Below are positions 42,942 through 64,000 of a DNA stretch of 64,000 nt, piece after piece. Every line of letters begins with the position of its first letter. Position 1 is the first letter of the stretch. Both the position numbers and the translations under genes were made by a program. The notes under the pieces are model-generated. The model made no database searches and was not told where the DNA came from. It worked only from the letters and a program-made list of their open reading frames with translations. Source of the stretch: the human T2T-CHM13v2.0 reference genome, Homo sapiens. The DNA is taken from the NCBI RefSeq assembly GCF_009914755.1, contig NC_060925.1; one strand, written 5' to 3'.

Positions 42942-44333
42942 TGAACTCCTGGGCTCAAGTGATCTGCTCTCCTTGGCCTCCTAAAGTGCTAGGATTACAG
43001 GTGTGAGCCACCACGCCCAGCCTTAATCAATATTTTAGTTACCTGATCCCTTAGCTCTCTGCTGAGTTTAGAGTAGATTAGCAAGTCAGAAACCATCAGT
43101 TAGGAGTTTGGGGAAGAGGTCATTTCTGAATATGGAAAAATACAGGCCTTTGTCTTTTACTGAGCTCTCCTCTTACCCCCAAACGATTCTCTTTCAACAT
43201 CAACTGGCCCCAGGTCCTGAGAGAAAAGGAGGTCCCATCCTAATTGCTTATTTGTTTCTCTGAGCCAGGCTGTAGGGGACTTCCTGGAATGTTGTGATTG
43301 GCAGGGACTTTCATTCATCAACAAATGTTTCTTGAGCACTGCATATCTGTCAAGTTCTCCCTAAGTTCTAACTGTACATCAGCAAACAAAATGGGCATGT
43401 TCCCAGCTGCTATGGCTCTTAGAGAACAGTGGAAAAGATAAACATTAAACAAATAGTTATTCTGATTATTATGTGATTACAATTATGATAAGCACAGGGA
43501 TTATGATAAGTACAGGGAGCTGTGAGTGTGTATAAAAGTGGCACTTGACCTATTGTGGGATTCAGAGACTTCCTTGAGGAATGACATTAAAGCTGAAAGC
43601 TGAAATTTTAATAAGAGTTAGGGAAAAAATGGTAAGGAAGTCCTAAGCAGATAGAGTGGCTTGGGCAAAAGCCTAAAGGAAGGAAAAGGCTGATATGATA
43701 GAGCTAGTGCTGCCTGGAGCCACATGATAAGGAGAAGGACCAGAGAGGTAGGCAGATGCCAGATCATGCAGGGCCTTGTGGAATCTAAGTGAGAAATGAT
43801 GGGACCTGGCCTAGCATGAAGCGTCTGTCTTCTATTGGTATAAGAAGATCTTCCTTAGAGTCCCAAATCTGACGGCCAGAAATAAACCCTGGGGCAGAGG
43901 CAGTCATTGAACCACTGGTAGAAGAAGGCTGCAGCTGAATGCAGTGGCTCACGCCTGTAATTCCAACACTTTGGAAGGCTGAGGAGGGTGGATTACCTGA
44001 GTTCAGGAGTTCGAGACCAGCCTGACCAACATGGCAAAACCCTGTCTCTACTAAAAATACAAATATTAACCGGGGGCAGTGGCTTGTGCCTGTAGTCCCA
44101 GCTACTGGGGAGGCTGAGGCAGGAAAATCGCTTTAACCTGGGAGGCGGAGGTTGCAGTGAGCCCAGATTTCACCACTGCACTCCAGCCTGGGCAAGAGTG
44201 AGGCTCCATCTCAAAAAAAAAAAAAAAAAAAAGGAGTAGGCTGTTCTGCTTTGGGGGCTGCCTGGAGGACAGGTCACCACGGAGACACCTGTGAAAAGCA
44301 AGCAGCCCTGAAATTCCCCAGCTCTCTAGCTGA

Positions 44334-44741
<408 letters not shown>

Positions 44742-45184
44742 TAGCTGGGATTACAGGCATGGGCCACCACACCAGGCTAATTTTGTATTTTTAGCTGAGA
44801 TGGGGTTTCACCATGTTGGTCAGTCTGGTCTTGAACTCCTGACCTCAGTTGATCTGCCTGCCTCGGCCTCCCAAAGTGCTGGGATTACGGGTGTGAGCCA
44901 CTGTGCCTGGCCCAACTTTTTTGTATTTTTATTAGAGATGAGGTTTTGCCATGTCGGCCAGGCTACTCTCAAACTCCTGGCCTCAAGTGATCCTCCTGCC
45001 TCAGCCTCCCAAAGTGCTGGGATCTAAGCTTGAGCCATTGCACCCGGCCCAAAGACCACATTTTAAGAAAGAAACACTGCCTGGGTACAACAAAAAGTCT
45101 ACAGCTTCCTCCCCACATACCCTTTAATCCCTACATCTTAGTCCTCACCTGTGGCTTCTACCACTTTGTGTGAGGATAGAGATT

Positions 45185-45850
<666 letters not shown>

Positions 45851-45957
45851 ACCTTAACATCTTTCACATCTCTCCTGTCTCCTTCTTTCTGCTGCATTCT
45901 GCCTCCATCTTCATTTCAGATTGTTTACTTTGCATTTCTTTTTTTTTTTTTTTTTGA

Positions 45958-46122
<165 letters not shown>

Positions 46123-46404
46123 TAGTAGAGATGAAGTTTCACCATATTGGCCAGGCTAGTGTCAAACTCCTGACCTCAAGTGATCCCCCCGCCTTGGCCT
46201 CCCAAAGTGCTGGGATTACAGGTGTGAGCCACCGTGCCCAACCTGGGTTCCTTTAGAGCAGCCAAATCGCTATCCTCACACAGAGAGATAGAAGCCACAG
46301 GTAAGGGTTAAGGTGTAGGGATTGCCCAGGCACAGTGGCTCACACCTGTAATCCCAGCACTTTGGGAGGCTGAGGCAGGCAGATTGCTTGAGCCCAAGAG
46401 TTTA

Positions 46405-46673
<269 letters not shown>

Positions 46674-47204
46674 CTAGATTATCTCTTTGGCCCCAGCTCC
46701 CTCCTCCAATCCATCTTTCACTTTGCAAGCTGAATGTTCTAAAAAGCAAATCTGAACACATCAGCTGTCTGTTTCAGTGTGCTCCCAACACCAAACTGCT
46801 TGCTGTGCTCTCTTTTACACCTTCTTCCCATTGCACAGGTGGAAATTATTTTCCTTGCCTTGAAATTGCTGGGCGTTTTATCTCCAGGGTATTCCTTTAA
46901 CCTAGCAAGTGCATGGCCCATAGTAGGTGTTCAACATGCATTTGCTGATTGACTAACCTTATTGTCATCATCCATGTCTGTTTCTGAATGTCCCAAGAAC
47001 TATCTGAACTCTTGTACCAGCTAGGTTCCCCATGAAAGACTCAATTCCTCCCAGGGAGGGGGTTGACCACTCTCAGTGAGATGGAAAAGCCCAAGCAGAG
47101 GCCCCTTCTTCCTAATCCCTTAGAATATCAGCTCTCTCTTCTGATCACAAGGCCAATCAAGCCCCACTCATCATTCTCCAGAGGGGAGTCCCAGGGCCAC
47201 AAGA

Positions 47205-47315
47205 GACCTGGTATTCATGACGATTGCATGGGAAATACTTATATTTTAAAAGTATTCATTGTTTATCTGAAATTCAAATTTAACTGATCATCCTGTATTT
47301 TATCTGGCAACCCTA
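47205..47315. mobile_element. MER53-like hAT fragment
   Basis: attcattgtttatctgaaattcaaatttaact..catcctgtattttatctggcaacccta. Confidence 0.6.
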
Positions 47316-48009
47316 ATGTAGGGTTGAGAACCATGTAGTAGGGAATTGAACTAGATAGCCTATAGAACCCTCTCAACTCCAGGAAACAAAGATTCGAAGA
47401 TTCTTTTTTAAATTTGTATTTACTTAGTTTTTTAGAGACGGGGGTCTCACTATGTTTTCCAGGATGGATTAGAACTCTTGGGCAAAAATGATCCTCCTGC
47501 CTCAGCCTCCCAAGTAGCTGGGATTACAGGTGCATGCCACCACACCTGGCTCCTAAGATTCTTCTAGTTTGCCTTATTCCTTCCAGTGAAAGCAGAAACT
47601 CTTCTTAGGATTATAGTAAAAGAGTTGAGAACAATAACTAACAGGTGAATTAACATAACAAATGACAATACCCCCTTACTCACTGTGTAACCTTGGGACA
47701 GTCACTTAACCTCATTGAACATCCATTGCTTCATTTAGCCAATGAAAGGAAACCGAGATTTTATCTAATAAATGCCAGGCACTGTGTAGACACTTCCTTC
47801 TATGAGATCTCTTGCCTAGGACAATCAGACAAAATACTGTCTGAGAAGGCACTTTGTATGTGGGAATAGGCTGTAACAAATGTAAAATGGTGTTACCGTT
47901 AGTATCATATCTGTCTGCAGTTTCTTTCTTTTACTGCCCCTTAGCAGGAAAGAAGCTTCCTTAGTTCCATCATATTGTAGAGGAAGAATGTCATTGTCCA
48001 GGACTCTAG

Positions 48010-48520
<511 letters not shown>

Positions 48521-48832
48521 GGGCTGGGTACAGTGGCTCACACCTATAATCCCAGCACTTTGAGAAGCCAAGGCAGAAAGATCACTTGAATTCAGGAGTT
48601 CAAGACCAGCCTAGGCAACATGGCAAAACTCTGTCTCTACACTTAAAAAAAGGCTGGGCACAATGGCTCACACCTGTAATCCCAGCACTTTGGGAGGCTG
48701 AGGTGGGCAGATCACTTCAGGCCAGGAGACAGAGACCAGCCTGGCCAACATGGTGAAACCCTGTCTCTACTTAAAAAAAAAAAAAAAAAAAAAATAGCTG
48801 GGCATGGTGGTGGGTGCCTGTAGTCCTAGCTA

Positions 48833-48940
<108 letters not shown>

Positions 48941-49239
48941 TCAAAAAAAGATTTTTTTTTCCAGCTGGCCATGGTGACGTGTGCCTATAGTTCCAGCTAT
49001 TTGGGAAGCTGTGGTGGGAGGACTGGTTGAGCTCAGGAGGTCGAGGCTATAGTGAGCCATGATTGCACCACTGCATTTCAGCCTGAGTGACAGAGAGAGA
49101 TGTCCAAGATCACCCAGCAAGTCAGTTGCCAAGTAGCAACTGGAATCCAGGCTGATCTGATCCTAAAGTCCTTGCCTTTCCCTATATTCCTTGTTTCCTG
49201 GACTCTGGTAACACTCCAGCAAGGGGAGAGAGGGTTTAC

Positions 49240-49806
49240 AGCAAGCTTGTCAAACCTGTAGCCCATGGGCCACGTGCGGCCCAGGATGGCTTTTGAATGC
49301 AGCCCAACACAAATTTGTAAACTTTCTTAAAACATGATTTTTTTTTTTTTTTGCTTAAACAAACAAACAAAAAAGGCCGGGCACGGTGGCTCAGGCCTGC
49401 AATCCCAGCACTTTGGGAGGCTAAGGCAGGTGGATCACTGAGGTCAGGAGTTCGAGACCAGCCTGATCAACATGGAGAAACCCCATCTCAAATAAAAATG
49501 CAAAATCAGGCATGGTGGCGCATGCCTGTAATCCCAGCTACTCGGAAGGCTGAGGCAGGAGAATTGCTTGAACCTGGGAGGCGGAGGTTGCGTTGAGCCG
49601 AGATTGCACCATTGCACTATAGCCTGGGCAACAAGAGCAAAACTCCGTCTCAAAAACAAGCAAGCAAACAAACAACAAACAAACAAACAACAAACAAACA
49701 AAAACTCATCAGCTATTGTTAGTGTTAGTGTATTTTATATGTGGCCCAAGACAATTCTTCTTCTTTCAATGTGGTCCAGGGAAGCCAAAAGATTGGACAC
49801 CCCTGG
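49240..49806. mobile_element. MER30 (hAT-Charlie) split by a sense Alu
   Basis: gcggcccaggatggctttt gaatgcagcccaacacaaatttgtaaactttctt ... gtggcccaagacaattcttcttc...gggaagccaaaagattggacacccctg. Confidence 0.8.
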
Positions 49807-50539
49807 TTTGCAGTTAAAGACACTGATTCTAGGAAAGGGCCATTCACCCAAGGTACAAAAGTCTTGGAGTAAGTTCCAGAAGTGGCTGATATCAGGATGA
49901 AAAAGAACCATGAACATGATAAATGCTTAATAATGTGTCAAGTGCTGAACTCATGCTGAGATCAGAGAAGGAGGTAGGCAGAGGCGGTGTCTCCTTGAAC
50001 TTTGGGGACAGGCATCCCCAGGACAAATCCCAATTTCTACCATTCCTGGCTGTATTTCTCTATTCTAGAGAAAGCCAGAGTCTGAAGCTGTGATTCTTAA
50101 GTAAGGTGATGGCACACAGATGGTGCTCAATGAATGGTATACATATAGTCAAGACAGCAGATGCTGAAAGAAAGAATGATGTGCTGAAAGTTGGCCACAG
50201 AAGAGCTTGCTGCAAGAGGGGTTTCTTCAAGCCAGGCATTGAAGAATGGGAGATGATTTAAGTAAGCAGAAGGAGGGAATATCACGTGGACAAAAACCTA
50301 CGAAAGAAGGCTCCTTTCCCCAGTCAGACTAGCTGAATCAGAGGCTTCCTGTAGGAAAGATGAGGTGGGAATATTGGAGAAATAGGGAGAGTTCAGATTT
50401 TAGAGGTCAGACTGGAGTAATTGGGGCTACTTCAAAAGCTCTGATCAAGTCTTCTGAAGAGCTCTCTGTTGACAAATATGTGGTGGGAAAGAATCAAGTG
50501 GTAAAAACACACAATTGTCCAGAGAAAAAACAATAGCAC

Positions 50540-53760
<3,221 letters not shown>

Positions 53761-53999
53761 GGCCAGGTGGGTGGCTCATGCTTGTAATCCCAGCATGCTG
53801 GGAGGCTGAGGTGGGCAGATTACCTGAGGTCAGGAGTTTGAGACCAGCCTGGCCAACATGGCAAAACCTCATCTCTAATAAAAATACAAAAAAATTAACC
53901 AGGCATGGTGGTGTATACCTGTAGTCCCAGGTACTTGGGAGGCTGAGGCACAACAATCACTTGAACTTTGGAGGCAGGGGTTGCAGTGAGCCAAGATCA

Positions 54000-54383
<384 letters not shown>

Positions 54384-54533
54384 TTAATAATAATAATAAT
54401 AAAATAAAACAAAAAAGTGGGCTGGGTGCAGTGGTTCACGCCTGTAATCCCAGCACTTTGGGAGGCCAAGTTGGGTGGATCACGAGGTCAGGAGTTTGAG
54501 ACCAGCCTGACCAACATGGTGAAACACCGTCTA

Positions 54534-56172
<1,639 letters not shown>

Positions 56173-56519
56173 TATCTGAATAGCTAATGAGTTCATGAAA
56201 AGATCTTTATCATTAGTTGGCCCCGCACGGTGGCTCACGCCTGTAATCCCAGGCCTCTGGGAGGCTGAGGCAGGCAGATCAATTGAGGTGGGGTGTTCAA
56301 GACCAGCCTGCCCAACAAGGTGAAACCTCTCTACCAAAAAATACAAATATCAGCCGGATGTGGCTGCATGTACCTGTAGTCCCAGCTAAACTACTCGGGA
56401 GGCTGAGGTGGGAGGATCACTTGAACCTGGGAAGCGGAGACTGCAGTGAGCCGAGATTATACCACTGCCCTCTAGCCCGGGCAAAAGGGTGAGGCAGTTG
56501 AGACCCTTTCTTAAAAAAA

Positions 56520-58430
<1,911 letters not shown>

Positions 58431-59443
58431 GGATCAAATTTTTTTTTTTTACATTTTATTTTATTTACTTTTTTATTTTTTAAGCTGTTCCTTTCAGAGC
58501 AGGGCTAACTCCCAAGCAGTGAACCCAGAGTCAGCCAATTTTTTAATTTTGTAAACTATGTGGGTGGTCCCTGTATTATTCTTCATGTCGCTTTGTGTGT
58601 CTGAAAGATCGCCTAGTAAAACAAACAGACAGCAAACCAACGAAGACCTAAACAGAAAGTGTGGCCACAAAGAGTGAGGAAGAGCCTGGCTGGTATGTGG
58701 GCCACTGGTTTGTTCCTGGATTTGCTGTCCAACCGTGTAGGTCGCTTCTCTCTGATCAAGACACAAGAGCCTCATTCTGGAAGAAAAGAGAAAACATCCT
58801 TCCTGACCAGGCACTCAGAGGGATTTGATGCATGTCGCATCCTTTCTTTGCTTCTCCAGCTGCAGAAGCTGGTACTGCAAACTGGTACCCGATCCTGGCC
58901 AGGGGGAAGCTCGGTGGCCATGTACACACTCTCAGGCCAGTGCAGCCAGGGCAGGAGGAGAAGAGGAGGGGCTGCTTTCACTCTGCCAGGGCCAGAGGCC
59001 AGGGACCACACACACAGCCAGGGTACTAGTTCCGCCTGGGCCATTGGTTGCCATGTGACACGAGCAGAACTGGCTCTTCCAGCCAGGGGTTGTCCCCGGG
59101 ATTGTGGTCACTGGGCTGTGCAGCAGACCATAGCGAGGGGACATTTCTTTCCCGACCCTCTCTGAGAGAACTCGGCTCCTGGAGCAAAAGCTGCCAAGGT
59201 CTTGAGGGCACTGTTTTGTGTACCCTGCAGAAAGGGGTCCTGTTAAGGCTGGCCCAGTACCAGACTTTAGGATCCTCCATCTGGAGTAATCTTAGCTAGT
59301 GCCCTATATGCAGAGAGGGAAAGTGACCATGACCAGCCTAAGTTCACACAGAAGGTGACTGGAACTTCTGACTTGTAGATCCCTGAGCAAGTTACTTAAC
59401 CTCTCTGGGTCTCAGTTTTCCTACCCATAAAGTGGGCGCATAA

Positions 59444-59869
<426 letters not shown>

Positions 59870-60329
59870 TAATGAAGAAAGTAATACTACACATAGTTGG
59901 TGTAAAGATAGATAATGAAAAGCACAGAGCACAATTTCCCATTCACAGTGTGTTCTCCATAAATATTTCTCCCTGCCCACGCTTCCCTCCTATGCCTTTT
60001 TTCCCTTCTGGAGTTGGGGACTCTGGCCCCAGGCCTCATTTGGGAAGGGAGGAAGAGGCGGTACAGGACTCTGATCAGTTACTGGCTATGTGGCTTTGGG
60101 TAAATTATTTAACCTCTCTCTCAGTTACCTTGTCTGCAAAATGGGAAGACTAACACCTACCTCAAAGGAAGTTTTCAAGGACTACATGACATACAGGATG
60201 GGTATTGCCTGGCACATCATAGCTCTGTAATAAGTGTCTGCAGGAGAACAGAATGAAGGAACACAATGCATATAATGAAGGAAAAAGCATTAAAGTAGGA
60301 GCTAGAACAGAGACATGAGAGGATGTTCA

Positions 60330-61098
<769 letters not shown>

Positions 61099-62299
61099 TC
61101 AGCCCTGCCTGGGCCATTGATCGCTGTGTGGTATTGGACTTGTTATTTCAGGCACATTCACCCCTGCGTGGCTCACCCCAGAGGGCTGTTGGGAGGAACA
61201 AATTAATTCTTGGCTGGGAGAGGGTTTTGGAAATTGTTGGAGGCTTTCTAGTTTTGCCAAAAGCCAGGGCAGAGCGCTTTCTTCCTCCCAGCTGATCTCC
61301 AGGCCTCCAGGAAGCCTCTCCCTCCCAGAGGATTCCTCCCCTGTACTCTCCATCTGATGAAGAGGCTGAAGTGCACCCTCATTAGTGTAGGCTCTCCAGC
61401 TCCCAGTCTGCTCAGACCCACAGCTCAGGGGAGGAATGTTCTGGAGGATAATAACAGTTCCCTCCAGCTTTCATATTTGACCTTACAGTGACTCTTGAGG
61501 ACACCGCCTCCCTCAGAGCCCTCCCCTGCTTCCTCAGATGGTGCCCCTCTGTGTCCAGGTCCTTGCATTTCCCTTTTTACTGCCCTGTGCTGTGATCGTC
61601 AGTCAGTCTGACTCCTCCATCAGACTGTGTGTTTCTCAACGGCAGGCCCAGATCTGATCCCTCTCAGGGGCCCTAGGGCCCACCCAGGTCAGGGCAGCGG
61701 CACAATCAGCATCTGAGGAGCTGGCCTGGGTGAGGACAAGGAACCCAAAGCTCAGAGAGAAACAGCAGGGAAGGGGTAGAGCTGGGCTGGAGCCCAGATC
61801 CCCTGATACCCACGGCCCGTTCCCCACACGTCCAAACCAAGGGCGAAGGAATCGGGGGTGCCCGAGGCACCACAGTAACTATTTCCTACCCTACCCACTG
61901 CTGTGAAAAATGTAGAGCTAAGGCACTGAAGGTGCTGTATGAAGCCCTTCCAGATGGCGTAAGGCAACAGGGTACATGGGGGAAGCCAAGGCACTGAGAG
62001 CCCCTTCAGACTGTGGTTCTCTGATGCTAGTGAGAACACTGCCCTTGTTCTCTGGAAGTAATTTTTCAAAATGGACAGGTCTGCTGACTTTCTTTGCTGG
62101 TCAGTGTGGGGAAGGAGGTTACCGTCTGGGCCCATCCACACCCATATTCGGCTCCTTGTCCCAGGCCAGTGGCAGGCAGTATGAACAGAAGAGTGTGGAC
62201 ATTGTCCGTGCACGAGCTAGCTCTCAGCGAGACTAGCAGGGACTCCAGATGATGAGGACATCTAAAAGCCCGCTAGAAAAGAGGCACCATGAAAGCCGC

Positions 62300-63210
62300 A
62301 GAAAGAGCAAGGACTTCCTACTAGGCCGCCCCCGGTTAAAATCTCGTGGGCTTAGGAACTCCGGGAAATGGCTTCTCTCTGGCCCTCAGCTCTCACCTTT
62401 AACACGGCTGCGAACATCCCCGGGCCCCTGGGTTTTTGCGGAGGTTGGGTGAGGTTGTGTTCACTCTCCTCACTGACCCCGCCGTGTGGTCGCCGGCTGG
62501 TGCCTTGTCTGTCTGCCCCAGCCCCGAATGCCCCAAGACTCCCGGCGCCGGCTCGGTGCAGGTAAGGCGCCCGCGCCCTGGCCTCGAATTCCCGCCCCGC
62601 CACTCTGGCCGCGTCGTGCTGTCGTTGCGCACCCAGCGCCCTCGTGCAGGCAGGGGGAGCGCAGTGGGGAGGGGGCAGGAAGCGCAGGCAGAGCCAGGCG
62701 AGCACGCGGCTCCCGGCCCAGCTCCCCGCGTCCGCTCCGGTTCCTGCCGCGTTCCAGCAGCCGTCACTCCCGCCGCCGGCCCCCGCCGCCCGCCCCGCCT
62801 GCCCCTACCCCTCCGCGCGGGCCGGGCACCTGGCCGCCGCTCGGTCCTCGGGGCCCCGCGCTGCTGTCTCTGTCTCGGCTTCTCTCGGCCCCTGGGTCTC
62901 TTCGTCTCTGCCGTTCTCAGGCTCAGCTCCGTCTCGCTCGGTCCCTCGCTTCCCCGCCGGGCTCTAGCCGGCCGTCTGGTGGCCCGAGGTGGCGGCGGGC
63001 TGGGCGCGGGGCGCGATGAGCGGCGCCTGCACGAGCTACGTGAGCGCAGAGCAGGAGGTGGTGCGCGGCTTCAGCTGCCCGCGGCCGGGGGGCGAGGCGG
63101 CCGCTGTCTTCTGCTGCGGCTTCCGCGACCACAAGTACTGCTGCGACGACCCGCACAGCTTCTTCCCCTACGAGCACAGCTACATGTGGTGGCTCAGGTA
63201 CCGTCCCTGG
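62300..63210. promoter_or_regulatory. SHISAL2A: SHISAL2A CpG-island promoter
   Basis: Very GC- and CpG-rich, with multiple CCGCCC boxes (~62327, ~62591, ~62790) ahead of the ATG. Confidence 0.9.
63016..63197 (+). CDS. SHISAL2A: SHISAL2A (FAM159A) coding exon 1, Shisa-like Cys-rich N-terminal domain; gene continues beyond the window
   Basis: gcgcgATGa start. Translates MSGACTSYVSAEQEVVRGFSCPRPGGEAAAVFCCGFRDHKYCCDDPHSFFPYEHSYMWWL, with a C..C..CC..CC pattern. Donor CAG|GTACCG at 63198, phase 2. Confidence 0.93.
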
Positions 63211-63229
63211 CCCTCACCCTACCTTGAAC

Positions 63230-63835
63230 CCCACTCCAGTCTCAGCGCCTTCACCCCAGCCTCAGCCCCCACCCGAGTGTCCACCTGAACATCAGCAGCA
63301 AGCTCTAGTCCTTACCGTCCTCATGCCCACAGCATCAACCACCCCGTGAAACCCCATCTCAGCTCGATTTCCTCATCCTGACCCCAACCATTATTTAGAG
63401 CCATGCTCGGACCTCCCCCTCCTCTAATCCAAAACAATCCTCACTCTATCCCCACCCCAAACTTCATTCCATCACCACCCTCATCCCAACCCCAAATCAC
63501 ATATCAAGCCTCCCCCTAACAGCAACTTCCATCTTCAAACATTCACAGGCAGCCCAACTCCACCCCAATCATCATCCCACCAAGGTGCCCTTCCTAATAT
63601 CAACACCAGCCTTATTCCTGACTTTCCACACTCCCCAGTACTGACCCCAGACCTTATTCTATCACCAGCCCCAACCTCCTCTTCTGTCCTGCCTGCAGTC
63701 CCACCTCAGCTCTTCTCCCACATCCTGACTCCAAATATTATTAATATCTAGATCTACATCCAAACCTCAACCTCCAGACTTAACCCTCGCCTGGTGCTAC
63801 ACCCCAACCCCAGCCTCAGCCCAGCGTCAACCCTT
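63230..63835 (+). repeat. C/A-rich low-complexity tract in SHISAL2A intron 1
   Basis: Repeated cccca/ccccaa/atccc units with very few G on the + strand. Confidence 0.7.
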
Positions 63836-64000
63836 GGTTCCCTTTTGTATTTAGTCATTCTTTCGGGCACTCTCTACTGAGCACTTGGTGTGTGCCAAGC
63901 CCTGTGGTGAGTGCTGGGGATGTACCCCATCCTCAAGCTAAGGCAGAAGACTCGGGAGTCAGAGCTGCCTCCAAGTTCATCATGAGACAATGGCATAGTG

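Noticed and set aside
62352-63227. Long ORFs (263, 177, 122 aa) at the SHISAL2A promoter
   Set aside because: Low-complexity Arg/Pro/Gly/Ala shadow frames of a CpG island.

Overview
Human/primate euchromatic DNA. I recognise it from the proteins as the GPX7-SHISAL2A (FAM159A) region, chr1p32 from memory. It holds the complete 3-exon GPX7 gene on the + strand. The CDS is 31881-32018, 36154-36415 and 37732-37895 (564 nt, 187 aa), encoding a Cys-type ER glutathione peroxidase with a REDL tail. It also holds the CpG-island promoter and first coding exon of SHISAL2A (63016-63197) and a 5'-truncated EEF1G processed pseudogene (~2585-3378). The rest is a dense, nested patchwork of repeats: dozens of Alus, L1/L2/MIR, two MER51-type solo LTRs, fragments of LTR12, LTR16 and MLT1, and hAT and Tigger1 DNA-transposon fossils. 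Almost all other ORFs in the track are Alu-derived or GC-rich shadow frames. I see no convincing new multi-gene system. The best second-look items are: an exact 92-bp templated copy between two Alus; a tiny A-tailed hairpin retro-insert; an LTR with CCAAT hairpin arrays and a weakened poly(A) signal just upstream of the EEF1G retrocopy; a candidate 5'UTR intron/uORF at SHISAL2A; and an intergenic G4 + RFX X-box module. Repeat subfamily names come from recall of consensus sequences and need RepeatMasker/Dfam confirmation.
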